A DNA stretch of 19,949 bases from Hormoscilla sp. (lineage in GTDB: Bacteria > Cyanobacteriota > Cyanobacteriia > Cyanobacteriales > Desertifilaceae): the NCBI GenBank assembly GCA_051439505.1, contig JBFRWI010000121.1, forward strand, positions 1 through 19,949. Direction: 5' to 3'. The position numbers and the translations under genes are program-made. Each line of letters begins with the position of its first letter. The stretch's first letter is position 1. The notes under the pieces were generated by a model. That model was not told where the DNA came from. It saw only the letters and a program-made list of their open reading frames with translations, and did not search any database. Shown here piece by piece: positions 1-8,297 of this stretch.

Positions 1-491
1 GTCAACTTGTGAAATTTTAGCAGAGACTCGCTTCCCCGGCGATCGGACTGGATACTGAGGCGATGTTTTTGCAAGCCTGTATACTCTTTTGCGAAGGGAT
101 AGGTAAATCCTAAGGCCGCACTAGAACCTTTGAATGTTGATAAATCAGTCAACATTCCCGCGATCGCATCCTCAACATTACCATCGCCGGCAGCATCCCG
201 CAGCAGTTGGCCCAGGCGATCGCGGATTTGGCGGATGCGATCGGCAAAATTTTCTTTTGAGCTAAAATTCACAGTAGCCATCTTGACGCCGCTTTTCAGG
301 GCCAAAGGATTCTGCACTCGTGCAGTCGCCACCGCAAAAGCGATGCGATCGACATCTATTTGGAGTCTCTCGCGACGGTCCGAAAACTTGAACGGGTTTT
401 TCTCCTTGGACAGCACCGACAATATTTCTCCCAGCAAACTGCTATAGTCTAAGGGAGGCAGTTGGTTGTCACCTAGTTCTAGAATGTTCAT
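1..491 (-). CDS. Hypothetical protein, 5' part only (runs off the left edge)
   Basis: Manual translation from ATG at 491 gives MNILELGDNQLPPLDYSSLLGEILSVLSKEKNPFKFSDRRERLQIDVDRIAFAVA...LGFTYPFAKEYTGLQKHRLSIQSDRRGSESLLKFHKL, open to base 1 (about 163 codons). It is absent from the ORF track because no stop lies in the window. No domain recognised. Confidence 0.8.
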   Translation of the reverse strand, partial: MNILELGDNQLPPLDYSSLLGEILSVLSKEKNPFKFSDRRERLQIDVDRIAFAVATARVQNPLALKSGVKMATVNFSSKENFADRIRQIRDRLGQLLRDAAGDGNVEDAIAGMLTDLSTFKGSSAALGFTYPFAKEYTGLQKHRLSIQSDRRGSESLLKFHKL

Positions 492-654
492 GACCAATTG
501 TCCGTTTGTCGAATATAATCATGCTATACCATTTTGGGTAATTCTGGTACATTTTTTTTGAATTGCGATCTTCGTCGGTGTTAAATCAGATATTGCACCA
601 TTCTCAATATGTCTCCTGGCGTCAGACCCCAAACCGGCCCAGTCCTGGCCGGAC

Positions 655-705
655 ACCACAGGTAATGGATTACTCCCAGTATACCCTATGCGATCGCATC
701 TCACT
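655..705 (-). promoter_or_regulatory. Copy 1 of a duplicated ~50-bp upstream element, containing a TATACT -10-like box on the minus strand
   Basis: accacaggtaatggattactcccagtataccc-tatgcgatcgca-tctcact matches 3707-3759 (29/32 identity over the first 32 nt). It lies upstream of the minus-strand gene starting at 491. Confidence 0.55.
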
Positions 706-932
706 TTAGCCGGACCCTTTAGGGTACCGTTGCCCAAGGTCGGGAGTTAGCAAAGGGGGGGGTAAGGTGAAAGAGGCGACGGCTATTTTCCACCGGGCAT
801 TGAAACTGGAACCAGATATCGACCTCAACCCAGATACAGAGGAGATAGAAAACGACCCAGAAGCACTAGCGCGACAGTTGGCACCGTCAAGAAGGCACTA
901 AGCTGTCACCCGTTAAAATGCGATCGCGCGGG

Positions 933-1333
933 CCGGGGCACGGCGTTACAGAATTTTCGGTTGGGTCTAGTGAGGTTATGGATGCCGTGCCCCTACAGGA
1001 TTTTTTATATTCTGCCATGTTTTCCGAAAAAATGCGATCGCAATATAACTGTAGGTGTACGGCATCAACAAATGAGAGGTTAAGATGAAAATATTATTTA
1101 CGCCGTGCCCCGGTTGTGCCCCGATCGGATGCAAAATGTTATATTAACTGTGGACAGAGAAAATGCGATCGCGCTGGCGATGTCCAGATTATTGGCGATC
1201 GCAATAAAAATGTAGGGGCACGGCATCAACAGATGATCGGTAAAAATGAAAAGGTTATTTACGCCGTGCCCCGGTTGTGCCCCGATCGGACGCCAAATGT
1301 TATATTAACCCCGTGCCGAAAAAATGCGATCGC
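933..1333. repeat. Cluster of three GTAG-family REP-like palindromic units; two form a 139-bp direct duplication
   Basis: Arms GTAGGGGCACGGCATC...ACGCCGTGCCCCGG around ~32-nt AT-rich loops at 933-996 (minus), 1051-1113 and 1212-1274 (plus). Segments 1034-1172 and 1195-1333 are imperfect direct repeats, each bounded by HIP1 sites. Confidence 0.8.
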
Positions 1334-1344
1334 AAACGAAGAAT

Positions 1345-3606
1345 CTATCGCCGCCGAACGTGATACGTGGGAAAGGTGCCATAACCCTTAGCTAAAGGAG
1401 TTTGTCCCACATAATCGCAAGCAAATTCCCGCACTCTTTCCGAAGAGGCGATCGCGGCAAATTCCCGACTAGCGTAAACCTTGCCGGGAGGGGCGATCGG
1501 TTCTATGCGGGCCGCGTGACTCACGTGGGTACCACCATAGCCGATCTTTCCAGTTAGAGGATTAGAGTATCGGTACACCGGTCCCGCGTGCAAACCAATG
1601 CGCAAATTAAACTCTGGGGGCAATCCTACCTTAGCCCAATCGGTATTGCTGACGAAATCGCACAACTCCAAGGCAAACAAACCCGCATCCCGGACGCTGG
1701 GAAAAACATAATATAAAGCATCTCCCCAGGTATTCTTCGCCACGGATTGATAGTCAGATTTCGCCTCTAACTCCGCTACGCCACCGAAGAAATAGCGCAC
1801 GAAGGCGGCTATTTGATTTTCTTTTAATTTAGAATAGCCCTTCACATCCCCAAACAACAGGGCCATTATTAAACGTTCTCCGGACTCTGGGGCTACGCTA
1901 TCCATAGGTTGCTGTTCCAGATTGTTTGCAGTTGCCCCGATCGCACCACTTGAGAGTAACAAAGATTCCAGATCGATAATTTCAATCCCATCGTGCCACT
2001 GCTGCCAATATTCTACAGCGGTTGCCGTACCGCCTGCACCCCCTGGTTTGCCGTTCCAGACCGCCAGAGGTAGCAGTTCCGTATCTAAATGTTCCGATCG
2101 CATTTTCGCCAAACCGTAAAGCACGCGATTTGTGTATTCGTAGATGGCGCTGCTTTTCTGTCCTAGATTATAATGATCGGGAACGATCGTCTCCGTGGCC
2201 CGTTCCATAAGGCGATCGAACCGTTGCCGCCAATTGCCATCGGGGATAATATCAACGGATTCTTTGATAAACTGTTCCCGTTCGTAGGGGAGAACGATGT
2301 GAAGTTCGCCTCCCAGTTCGGCGAGGGCTTCCAGAAACAAAATATCGCTGCCACAAGCAGCAGAAGCGTAACCCAAACGGGCATCCAGTTTTATCAGGCG
2401 ATCGCGGATAGCTTCGTAAACCCGGGACTCCAGTTCGGCAGGAAACCTGGGAGTCTGGCGAGCGGGTGTATCGATCATATGACCGCTAAACACCGCCACC
2501 AGAGGAATTTGAAACCATTTTTTAATTAAATCTAAATCCCCATCAATGTGCTGTAAAATCGCCATAGCATTGCGGCGAGTCGAGCTAATTTTCCCAAACT
2601 GTCCCCGGGCCAGTTCCACAGCTTGAGAATAGCAATCTTCTGCCGCCGGGCGATCGCCCATTATCAAAGCCGCCTCTCCCAAAGTTGCCAGCAACCAATA
2701 TTCGCTGCTACTAAGTTTTCCAGAAGGTAATTCTTGCAAGCATTTCTGGCGCACCTCAGAGGCAATAATTTTAGCATCCTCTGGTTTTCCCTGCAACAAA
2801 GTCATCGTCGCCGCATTAATACCCGGGTAATAGCTGCCATTTTGATGATAAGCTTGTGTGTAACGTTGGGCAGCCAAAGCTAAATGGCGGTTGGCTGTGG
2901 CGCGATCGCTTGCCTGCTGCCAGAGGTCTTTTTCAGTGCGGGCCAAAAGACTAACAGTTTCCTCATCGGACTGTCCCGACTCCACCAACTGCAACAGCAT
3001 GGCATTTGCCCGATGGGTAGCCCCGCTGCGTGCCAAGGCCAAAGCCGTCAATTGTTGCAAAGGCATGTCTAGGGGCCAACTTCGCAACCCTTCTGCTAAA
3101 ATATCGTAAGCCATCAAAGGTTCCCCCAAGCTGAGGATCGAGTCCCCCAAAACTCGGTAAATATCCGGCATCGCCGGTTTAATATTAATAGTTTCCCGGC
3201 GAATTTGTTGCAAGCTGGATAAATTCAATTGGGATGAATTTTGCAGACTTGCCAGTATCAGGGACAAATTACTATTATCTACCGCTGCTGTCGGTTCTCC
3301 TCCTGTAGCTTCCAGTTGATATCCCAAAGCTAACAAAGTTTTGATGACACCCACGGAGATCACGCGATCGTATTCTTTTTCCGACTCCGGCAAATCTTCG
3401 TAAGGCACCAAACCCGGATGTTCTTTTTTAGCATCGTCCCGTTGGGGCCCGTATTTCCACCCTTCAGCCAAGCGCTGAACTGCCCAAAGATCGTGAGTAT
3501 TTTTGGCAAGCAACTCCGTGATTTGTAAATGTTCCGTCCCGAGAGTAACTCCCTCAGTGTCTATAGGTTGAGGTTCGTAATTCAAGGTTGTATTCTCCTT
3601 TGACAA
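1345..3606 (-). CDS. Multidomain class III nucleotide cyclase: RyR domain + TPR-sensor/DUF4071-like (MAP3K TRAF-binding-like) + SLOG-like domain + adenylate/guanylate cyclase domain
   Basis: RyR motif (YEPQPID...LAKNTHDLW...GWKYG...HPGLVPYEDLPESEKEYDR); TPR-S/DUF4071-like motifs (SLLARTEKDLW, YYPGINAAT, YWLLATLGEA); SLOG-like motifs (VFSGHMID, ACGSDILFLE, AVWNG...GGT); cyclase motifs (LLFGDVKGYS, TWGD, LRIGLHAGPV, AARIEP). TTG start. Confidence 0.88.
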   Translation of the reverse strand: MSKENTTLNYEPQPIDTEGVTLGTEHLQITELLAKNTHDLWAVQRLAEGWKYGPQRDDAKKEHPGLVPYEDLPESEKEYDRVISVGVIKTLLALGYQLEATGGEPTAAVDNSNLSLILASLQNSSQLNLSSLQQIRRETINIKPAMPDIYRVLGDSILSLGEPLMAYDILAEGLRSWPLDMPLQQLTALALARSGATHRANAMLLQLVESGQSDEETVSLLARTEKDLWQQASDRATANRHLALAAQRYTQAYHQNGSYYPGINAATMTLLQGKPEDAKIIASEVRQKCLQELPSGKLSSSEYWLLATLGEAALIMGDRPAAEDCYSQAVELARGQFGKISSTRRNAMAILQHIDGDLDLIKKWFQIPLVAVFSGHMIDTPARQTPRFPAELESRVYEAIRDRLIKLDARLGYASAACGSDILFLEALAELGGELHIVLPYEREQFIKESVDIIPDGNWRQRFDRLMERATETIVPDHYNLGQKSSAIYEYTNRVLYGLAKMRSEHLDTELLPLAVWNGKPGGAGGTATAVEYWQQWHDGIEIIDLESLLLSSGAIGATANNLEQQPMDSVAPESGERLIMALLFGDVKGYSKLKENQIAAFVRYFFGGVAELEAKSDYQSVAKNTWGDALYYVFPSVRDAGLFALELCDFVSNTDWAKVGLPPEFNLRIGLHAGPVYRYSNPLTGKIGYGGTHVSHAARIEPIAPPGKVYASREFAAIASSERVREFACDYVGQTPLAKGYGTFPTYHVRRR

Positions 3607-3706
3607 TCTGCTATTATTTTATCAGATATCTAGCCTAAATAGTTGACATTTTAGATTTTTCAGTAAAACAGGATAAGTGGTGGCCGGACCCCGATCGGGC
3701 AACAGT

Positions 3707-3759
3707 ACCACAGGTAATTGATAACTCCAAGTATACCCCAACGCGATCGCATTCTCACT
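3707..3759 (-). promoter_or_regulatory. Copy 2 of the duplicated ~50-bp upstream element
   Basis: accacaggtaattgataactccaagtataccccaacgcgatcgcattctcact, about 100 nt upstream of the cyclase start. Both copies are also preceded by tggccggac (646 and 3681). Confidence 0.55.
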
Positions 3760-3819
3760 GCCCAAAATCTTAAATAAATCTAAAGACTTTTTATATGAGA
3801 TGCACCCATTGTGAATGGC

Positions 3820-4512
3820 TTAAATTTTTCGGCCTTCAGCTAAAACCTGTAGCTGTTCTCTGTTTAACAAGGTAATTCGAGAACCATTAATGTCAATTAT
3901 ACCCGACTGACTCAGTTTAGCAAAAACTCTGGATAGAGTCTCGGGAATTGTGCCTAACAAAGCTGCTAGTTGACTCTTCGTCATATCTAATTTTATCTCA
4001 TCGCCGTCTGCCCGATCGCCCAAAAACAAGAGATAGGCGGCGAGTCTGCCGGGGACTTCCTTGAAAGAAAGATCCTCAATAAGCTGGGCAAAGCGACGCA
4101 GGTGTCGGGAAAAAATTGCTAGCATATTGATGGCGATCGCGGGGTATTGTTCTAGCAAATGCAAAAAAGAAGTGCGGGGAAAGAACAAGAGTTTAGTTTG
4201 ATCCAAGGCAGCAGCATAAGCAGGAAAGCATTGACCGTCAAAAGCGGCCACTTCAGCAAAATGTTCGCAAGGACCAAACAGGTGTAAAATCTGTTCCTTG
4301 CCCTCAACAGAGAGTTTGAAGACCTTGACCCTGCCCGATCTAACGACGAAAAAGCCCGTACCCCGATCGCCTTGGGCAAAGATCATCTCGCCTTTAGCAT
4401 AGGTACGGGCGATCGAGATGTTCGCCAAAGCATCCAACTGGTCTGGCGGCAGGCCCTGCCAGAGTTGGATACCGGCCATAAATTCTCTCAATTCTCCTAA
4501 TTGATGATTCAT
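3820..4512 (-). CDS. Crp/Fnr-family transcriptional regulator (HcpR/Dnr-like)
   Basis: cNMP-type beta-barrel (IFAQGD...FFVVRSGRVKVFK...GKEQIL) and C-terminal HTH (TKSQLAALLGTIPETLSRVF). Divergent from hcp. Start placed at ATG 4512 (MNHQ) because the longer ORF-track start lies within a repeat element. Confidence 0.92.
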   Translation of the reverse strand: MNHQLGELREFMAGIQLWQGLPPDQLDALANISIARTYAKGEMIFAQGDRGTGFFVVRSGRVKVFKLSVEGKEQILHLFGPCEHFAEVAAFDGQCFPAYAAALDQTKLLFFPRTSFLHLLEQYPAIAINMLAIFSRHLRRFAQLIEDLSFKEVPGRLAAYLLFLGDRADGDEIKLDMTKSQLAALLGTIPETLSRVFAKLSQSGIIDINGSRITLLNREQLQVLAEGRKI

Positions 4513-4555
4513 ATACTTTAAAAGGGATCGACTTGAGAAGAATGGAGAAGAACGT

Positions 4556-4727
4556 GTCATTGCGAGGGGGGGGCGCCTCATCTGTAACGGTGGTAAGCAA
4601 AACTATCAGACCCCCCCGAAGCAATCTCCTGCCCAGCACTCGGGAGATTGCTTCGGGGGGTGTTACTCTTAAATTACAAGGATATCGTTATTTAGCTCCC
4701 CCCACGCTGCGCGAAAAATCGCAATGA
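4556..4727. repeat. Nested palindromic interspersed element (GTCATTGCGA...GAAGCAATC / GATTGCTTC...TCGCAATGA type)
   Basis: Outer arms TCATTGCGA (4557) and TCGCAATGA (4719-4727). Inner perfect stem CCCCCCGAAGCAATCTCC / GGAGATTGCTTCGGGGGG spanning 4612-4660. Confidence 0.75.
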
Positions 4728-4790
4728 GATATTGGCTGCATTCCATCAGGGCAGTTCCTGACCTTAGCAGTATAGCTGAATTGGGAAAAA

Positions 4791-4804
4791 TTGATCTAAG
4801 TCAA
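4791..4804. promoter_or_regulatory. FNR/Dnr/HcpR-type binding box upstream of hcp
   Basis: TTGAT-CTAA-GTCAA, one mismatch from TTGAT-N4-ATCAA. TAAAGT at 4827-4832 sits at the spacing expected for a class II (-41.5) promoter. Confidence 0.75.
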
Positions 4805-4865
4805 GGAAATAAGTACGATGCTGTCATAAAGTAGGGAAAGAACTCAAGAGAAGGAGACGAAAAGC

Positions 4866-6515
4866 ATGTTTTGCGAACAATGCGAACAAACGGCCAGCGG
4901 ACAAGGATGCCATCAATGGGGAGCCTGCGGTAAAAGCCCGGAAGTGAATGCAGTCCAAGATTTGTTAGTATATTGCCTGCGGGGCATAGCGCCAGTGGCA
5001 CTCAAGGCCCGGGAGTTGGGCATACCGACCCAGGAAGTCGATCGCTTTACCTGTGAGGCCCTGTTTGCCACCATGACCAATGTCAACTTTCACAAACAGC
5101 GGTTTGCAGACTACATCCGCCGGGCGATCGCCCACCGGGAAAACCTGAAAGGCCAAATAAGTCAAGCTACAGACAATAATATAGAATGGTCTGGCCTGTC
5201 ATGCTTTGAACCAGACTACAGTGAAAGCTTAGTCGCACAAGGTATAGAAGTGGCCTTGGATGCGATCGCCCGATCGGGCAGCAACGCGGACATATTCTCC
5301 CTGAAACTGACCGTCCTTTATGGGGTCAAAGGTCTAGCATCCTACAGCTTCCACGCCCAAGAACTAGGTCAAGAGGACGAAAAAGTTTATGCCTTTTGTC
5401 AGGAAGCATTAGTAGCAATCGATCGGCAAGACTTGAGTCTGGAGGACTGGGTAAACCTGGCCTTAAAAGTAGGGGAAATGAACCTGCGGGCAATGGAACT
5501 CTTGGATGCGGGTCACACCAGCAGTTACGGTCATCCCGTTCCGACCCCAGTACCCCTGAATGCCAAACAAGGTAAGGCAATCTTAGTGTCCGGTCACGAT
5601 ATCAAGCAACTGGAAGCATTGCTGAAACAAACCGCAAACAAGGGCATCACAGTCTACACCCACGGTGAACTGCTACCTGCCCACGGTTACCCCCTATTAA
5701 AACAGAAATACCCTCATCTTTACGGTCACTACGGCACCGCTTGGCAAAACCAGACCCGAGATTTTGCCAAATTCCCCGGTGCGATCGTCATCACCACCAA
5801 CTGTCTGATGCCACCCCACGATAATTACGAAGAGAAACTGTTCAATATCGGGCCAGTGGGATATCCAGGCATCACCCATCTTCCCGACGGGGACGCGGAT
5901 ATTCCCGACTTCACCCCCGTCATCCAAAAGGCATTAGCAATGCCAGGTTTCCCAGAAGATGGCCAACCGCGCCAAGTGACCACGGGTTTTGCCCGCAATG
6001 CGGTCCTGAATGTGGCAGATAAAGTCATCGAAGCAGTCAAAAAAGGAGAAATTCGTCACTTCTTCCTGGTGGGGGGCTGCGACGGGGCAAAACCCGATCG
6101 CAACTACTATACTGAATTTGTGGAAAAAGTCCCCGAAGACTGCGTGGTCCTGACCCTCGCCTGCGGGAAATTCCGCTTTTTCGACCAGCAACTGGGAGAA
6201 ATAGGCAGCATTCCCCGGTTAATGGATGTCGGTCAATGTAATGATGCCTACTCAGCGATTCAAATAGCCCTGGGTTTGGCGAATGCCTTTAATATGGACG
6301 TGAATGAATTGCCTTTGTCCATGATTCTTTCCTGGTACGAGCAAAAAGCAGTCGCCGTGCTGTTAACATTACTTTACCTGGGAATTAAGGACATCCGCTT
6401 GGGACCGACACTGCCCGCCTTTATCACTCCCAATGTATTTAATTTCCTCTCCCAGAATTACAATTTACAGGCGATCGGGACTCCCGATGAAGATTTAGCA
6501 GCTTGTCTCGGTTAG
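4866..6515 (+). CDS. hcp: Hybrid cluster protein (hydroxylamine/NO reductase), class I-type
   Basis: N-terminal MFCEQCEQT...GC...GACGK (C-X2-C-X8-C-X5-C); motifs SGHD, YTHGE, TTNC, VGGCDG, TLACGK, GQCNDAYS, SWYEQKA; 549 aa; AGGAG RBS upstream. Confidence 0.98.
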   Translation: MFCEQCEQTASGQGCHQWGACGKSPEVNAVQDLLVYCLRGIAPVALKARELGIPTQEVDRFTCEALFATMTNVNFHKQRFADYIRRAIAHRENLKGQISQATDNNIEWSGLSCFEPDYSESLVAQGIEVALDAIARSGSNADIFSLKLTVLYGVKGLASYSFHAQELGQEDEKVYAFCQEALVAIDRQDLSLEDWVNLALKVGEMNLRAMELLDAGHTSSYGHPVPTPVPLNAKQGKAILVSGHDIKQLEALLKQTANKGITVYTHGELLPAHGYPLLKQKYPHLYGHYGTAWQNQTRDFAKFPGAIVITTNCLMPPHDNYEEKLFNIGPVGYPGITHLPDGDADIPDFTPVIQKALAMPGFPEDGQPRQVTTGFARNAVLNVADKVIEAVKKGEIRHFFLVGGCDGAKPDRNYYTEFVEKVPEDCVVLTLACGKFRFFDQQLGEIGSIPRLMDVGQCNDAYSAIQIALGLANAFNMDVNELPLSMILSWYEQKAVAVLLTLLYLGIKDIRLGPTLPAFITPNVFNFLSQNYNLQAIGTPDEDLAACLG

Positions 6516-6522
6516 CATACAT

Positions 6523-6584
6523 CCGGGCAGGGGATCCGCCCGCCCTACGTTTTCCCCCCGGGCAGGGGATCCGCCCGCCCTACG
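6523..6584. repeat. Two identical 27-bp REP-like hairpin units between convergent genes (possible terminator)
   Basis: CCGGGCAGGGGATCCGCCCGCCCTACG at 6523-6549 and 6558-6584; reads GTAGGGCGGGCGG... on the minus strand. Confidence 0.8.
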
Positions 6585-6585
6585 C

Positions 6586-8094
6586 CTAAGAAACGTTTCC
6601 TGCTGTTTCTAATTTATTCTGGATTTCCATCGCTTTGCTAAAACAGGCGATCGCCTCCTGATACTTTTGCAAACCTGCCAGGGCCGTCCCCCGACTGCGC
6701 CAAGATTCATAATCATGCTGGTTCAGGGCGATCGCCCGATCGTAGGAAGCGATCGCCTCTTGATACCGTTGCATTTTTTCCAGAACGACACCGCGACTGT
6801 GCCAAATTTGGGGATAGTCTGGTTGGAGAGCAACTACTCGGTCGTAACAGGCGATCGCCTCTTCATAGCGCTGACTTTTGGACAGCAACACCCCCCGATC
6901 GTACCACAATTGGCAGTCATCAGGTCGAATAGCAGTAGCTTTGCCATAGGAAACCAAAGCTTCCGAATAGCGTTGCAATCTTTCCAAAGCCTTACCGCGA
7001 TCGTACCAGAGTTCGTACCTACTTGGTTCCAGAGAAATTGCCAGATCGTAGCACGCGATCGCCTCAGCATCCCGTTGCAACTTTCCCAATACCCACCCTC
7101 TGCTATACCAAACCTGATATTTTTCTGGGAAGATCGCGATCGCCTTATCATAGTCTGTGATAGCCGACTCGTAATCTTGCAATCTTGCCAATAAATTTCC
7201 TCTATTATACCACCCTTCATAGGAATCAGGTTGAATTTGAATTGCCCGGTCATAAATAGCGATCGCCTGTTCGTATTTGCCTTCAAAAGCCATACTTTTT
7301 GCTTGAGCGACCAAATTATCAGCCAAATTTTCATTTCTCCGCTCATTTAATTTAGTTCCAGGCAGAAAAACATCTGGGGCCGTTAGCTGATATTTTCGAT
7401 CGCCTGATTCCAACTGGTATACTTGTTCTTGAATAATTTTACCTATTTGCTGTTGAAAGCTAATGCCTAAGTCTTCAATTTGCTGCCGAATTTGCTGTTT
7501 GAAATCCTTGCTGTTATCAGCATAATGATTGAATTCTTGCCACTTAGGTTTGATGCCGTTGGAACTTTTTTCTCTGGGAGTAGCATCTATTTCTTGATTG
7601 AGTTCAGTAACTAAATGACGAGCAGTTTCTGTAGTATTCTGGAGGTGAAGATCGGTTTGAGCGATTTTATCCAACTGAGATCTAAGTTGTTCTACTAACT
7701 GATTAACTACCCGGCGATAGAGAAGCCAAAACAAGCTGCATCCCCCGATGGTAAATAGAGTAAAAATTAAAATAAAAGCATTCAGAAGCGTCCGGGTACG
7801 GTCGATTTCGGACAGGCGATCGCGCCAAAAATTACGTTGCTTGACCCGTTCGGACTCCAGCTTTTCTTCAACAGTTTCTGCGATCGTTTGTTTCAGTTCC
7901 TCCAAATCTCGTGCAGGGGTCGCAGCTTGAGATACGATCATTTCCGGAGGGCTAATAGAAGTGGATCCAGGTGATATGCGATCGCGTTTCATCTCTGACC
8001 CTGCCGATGGGCGAGACTCAGGAGAAGACGCGATCGGGCTAGCTTGAATATCAACATCCGGGGCAGCGATCGCCGCCATAGTCAAAATAGTCAC
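6586..8094 (-). CDS. Tetratricopeptide-repeat protein with one predicted transmembrane helix and a coiled coil
   Basis: Hydrophobic segment LLNAFILIFTLFTIGGCSLFWLLY, followed by about 7 TPRs of the type WYNRG..L..L..YE.AI..YD.AI. The start codon is uncertain. Confidence 0.9.
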   Translation of the reverse strand: MTILTMAAIAAPDVDIQASPIASSPESRPSAGSEMKRDRISPGSTSISPPEMIVSQAATPARDLEELKQTIAETVEEKLESERVKQRNFWRDRLSEIDRTRTLLNAFILIFTLFTIGGCSLFWLLYRRVVNQLVEQLRSQLDKIAQTDLHLQNTTETARHLVTELNQEIDATPREKSSNGIKPKWQEFNHYADNSKDFKQQIRQQIEDLGISFQQQIGKIIQEQVYQLESGDRKYQLTAPDVFLPGTKLNERRNENLADNLVAQAKSMAFEGKYEQAIAIYDRAIQIQPDSYEGWYNRGNLLARLQDYESAITDYDKAIAIFPEKYQVWYSRGWVLGKLQRDAEAIACYDLAISLEPSRYELWYDRGKALERLQRYSEALVSYGKATAIRPDDCQLWYDRGVLLSKSQRYEEAIACYDRVVALQPDYPQIWHSRGVVLEKMQRYQEAIASYDRAIALNQHDYESWRSRGTALAGLQKYQEAIACFSKAMEIQNKLETAGNVS

Positions 8095-8297
8095 AGTTGG
8101 TACTAGACTAACAGGCTTAGGTTTAATTGTTCCGTAATACCAGCAGATGGTGGTAAATCCGGAAAAAATGTCAGTTCACGATGCCGAGCGCGACTCAAAT
8201 CTCTGGCACGAGCTATACTTATGGGGTCACACCCCACACCCCCGAGACTGGGGGGAAGGTCGGGTACTGAAGCTAATCATATCCCTGATGTAGAGCT

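Noticed and set aside
130..447. 105-aa plus-strand ORF
   Set aside because: It is the antisense shadow of the minus-strand gene at 1-491.
661..674. NtcA site in the duplicated element
   Set aside because: The spacing is GTA-N6-TAC, not GTA-N8-TAC.
933..1333. CRISPR array (conserved repeats with ~32-nt variable segments)
   Set aside because: The variable parts are loops inside palindromes and resemble each other, the units occur in both orientations, the period is 161 bp, and no cas genes are present.
1116..1391. 91-aa ORF
   Set aside because: It is a translation of REP repeats and overlaps the 3' end of the cyclase gene.
3820..4512. Regulator as a cAMP receptor for the neighbouring cyclase, or as NtcA
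   Set aside because: It lacks the cAMP phosphate-binding Arg motif, and both its ETLSR helix and the adjacent box fit an HcpR/Dnr role at hcp.
4513..4581. N-terminal extension of the Crp/Fnr ORF
   Set aside because: It begins inside a palindromic repeat; the family domain starts near ATG 4512.
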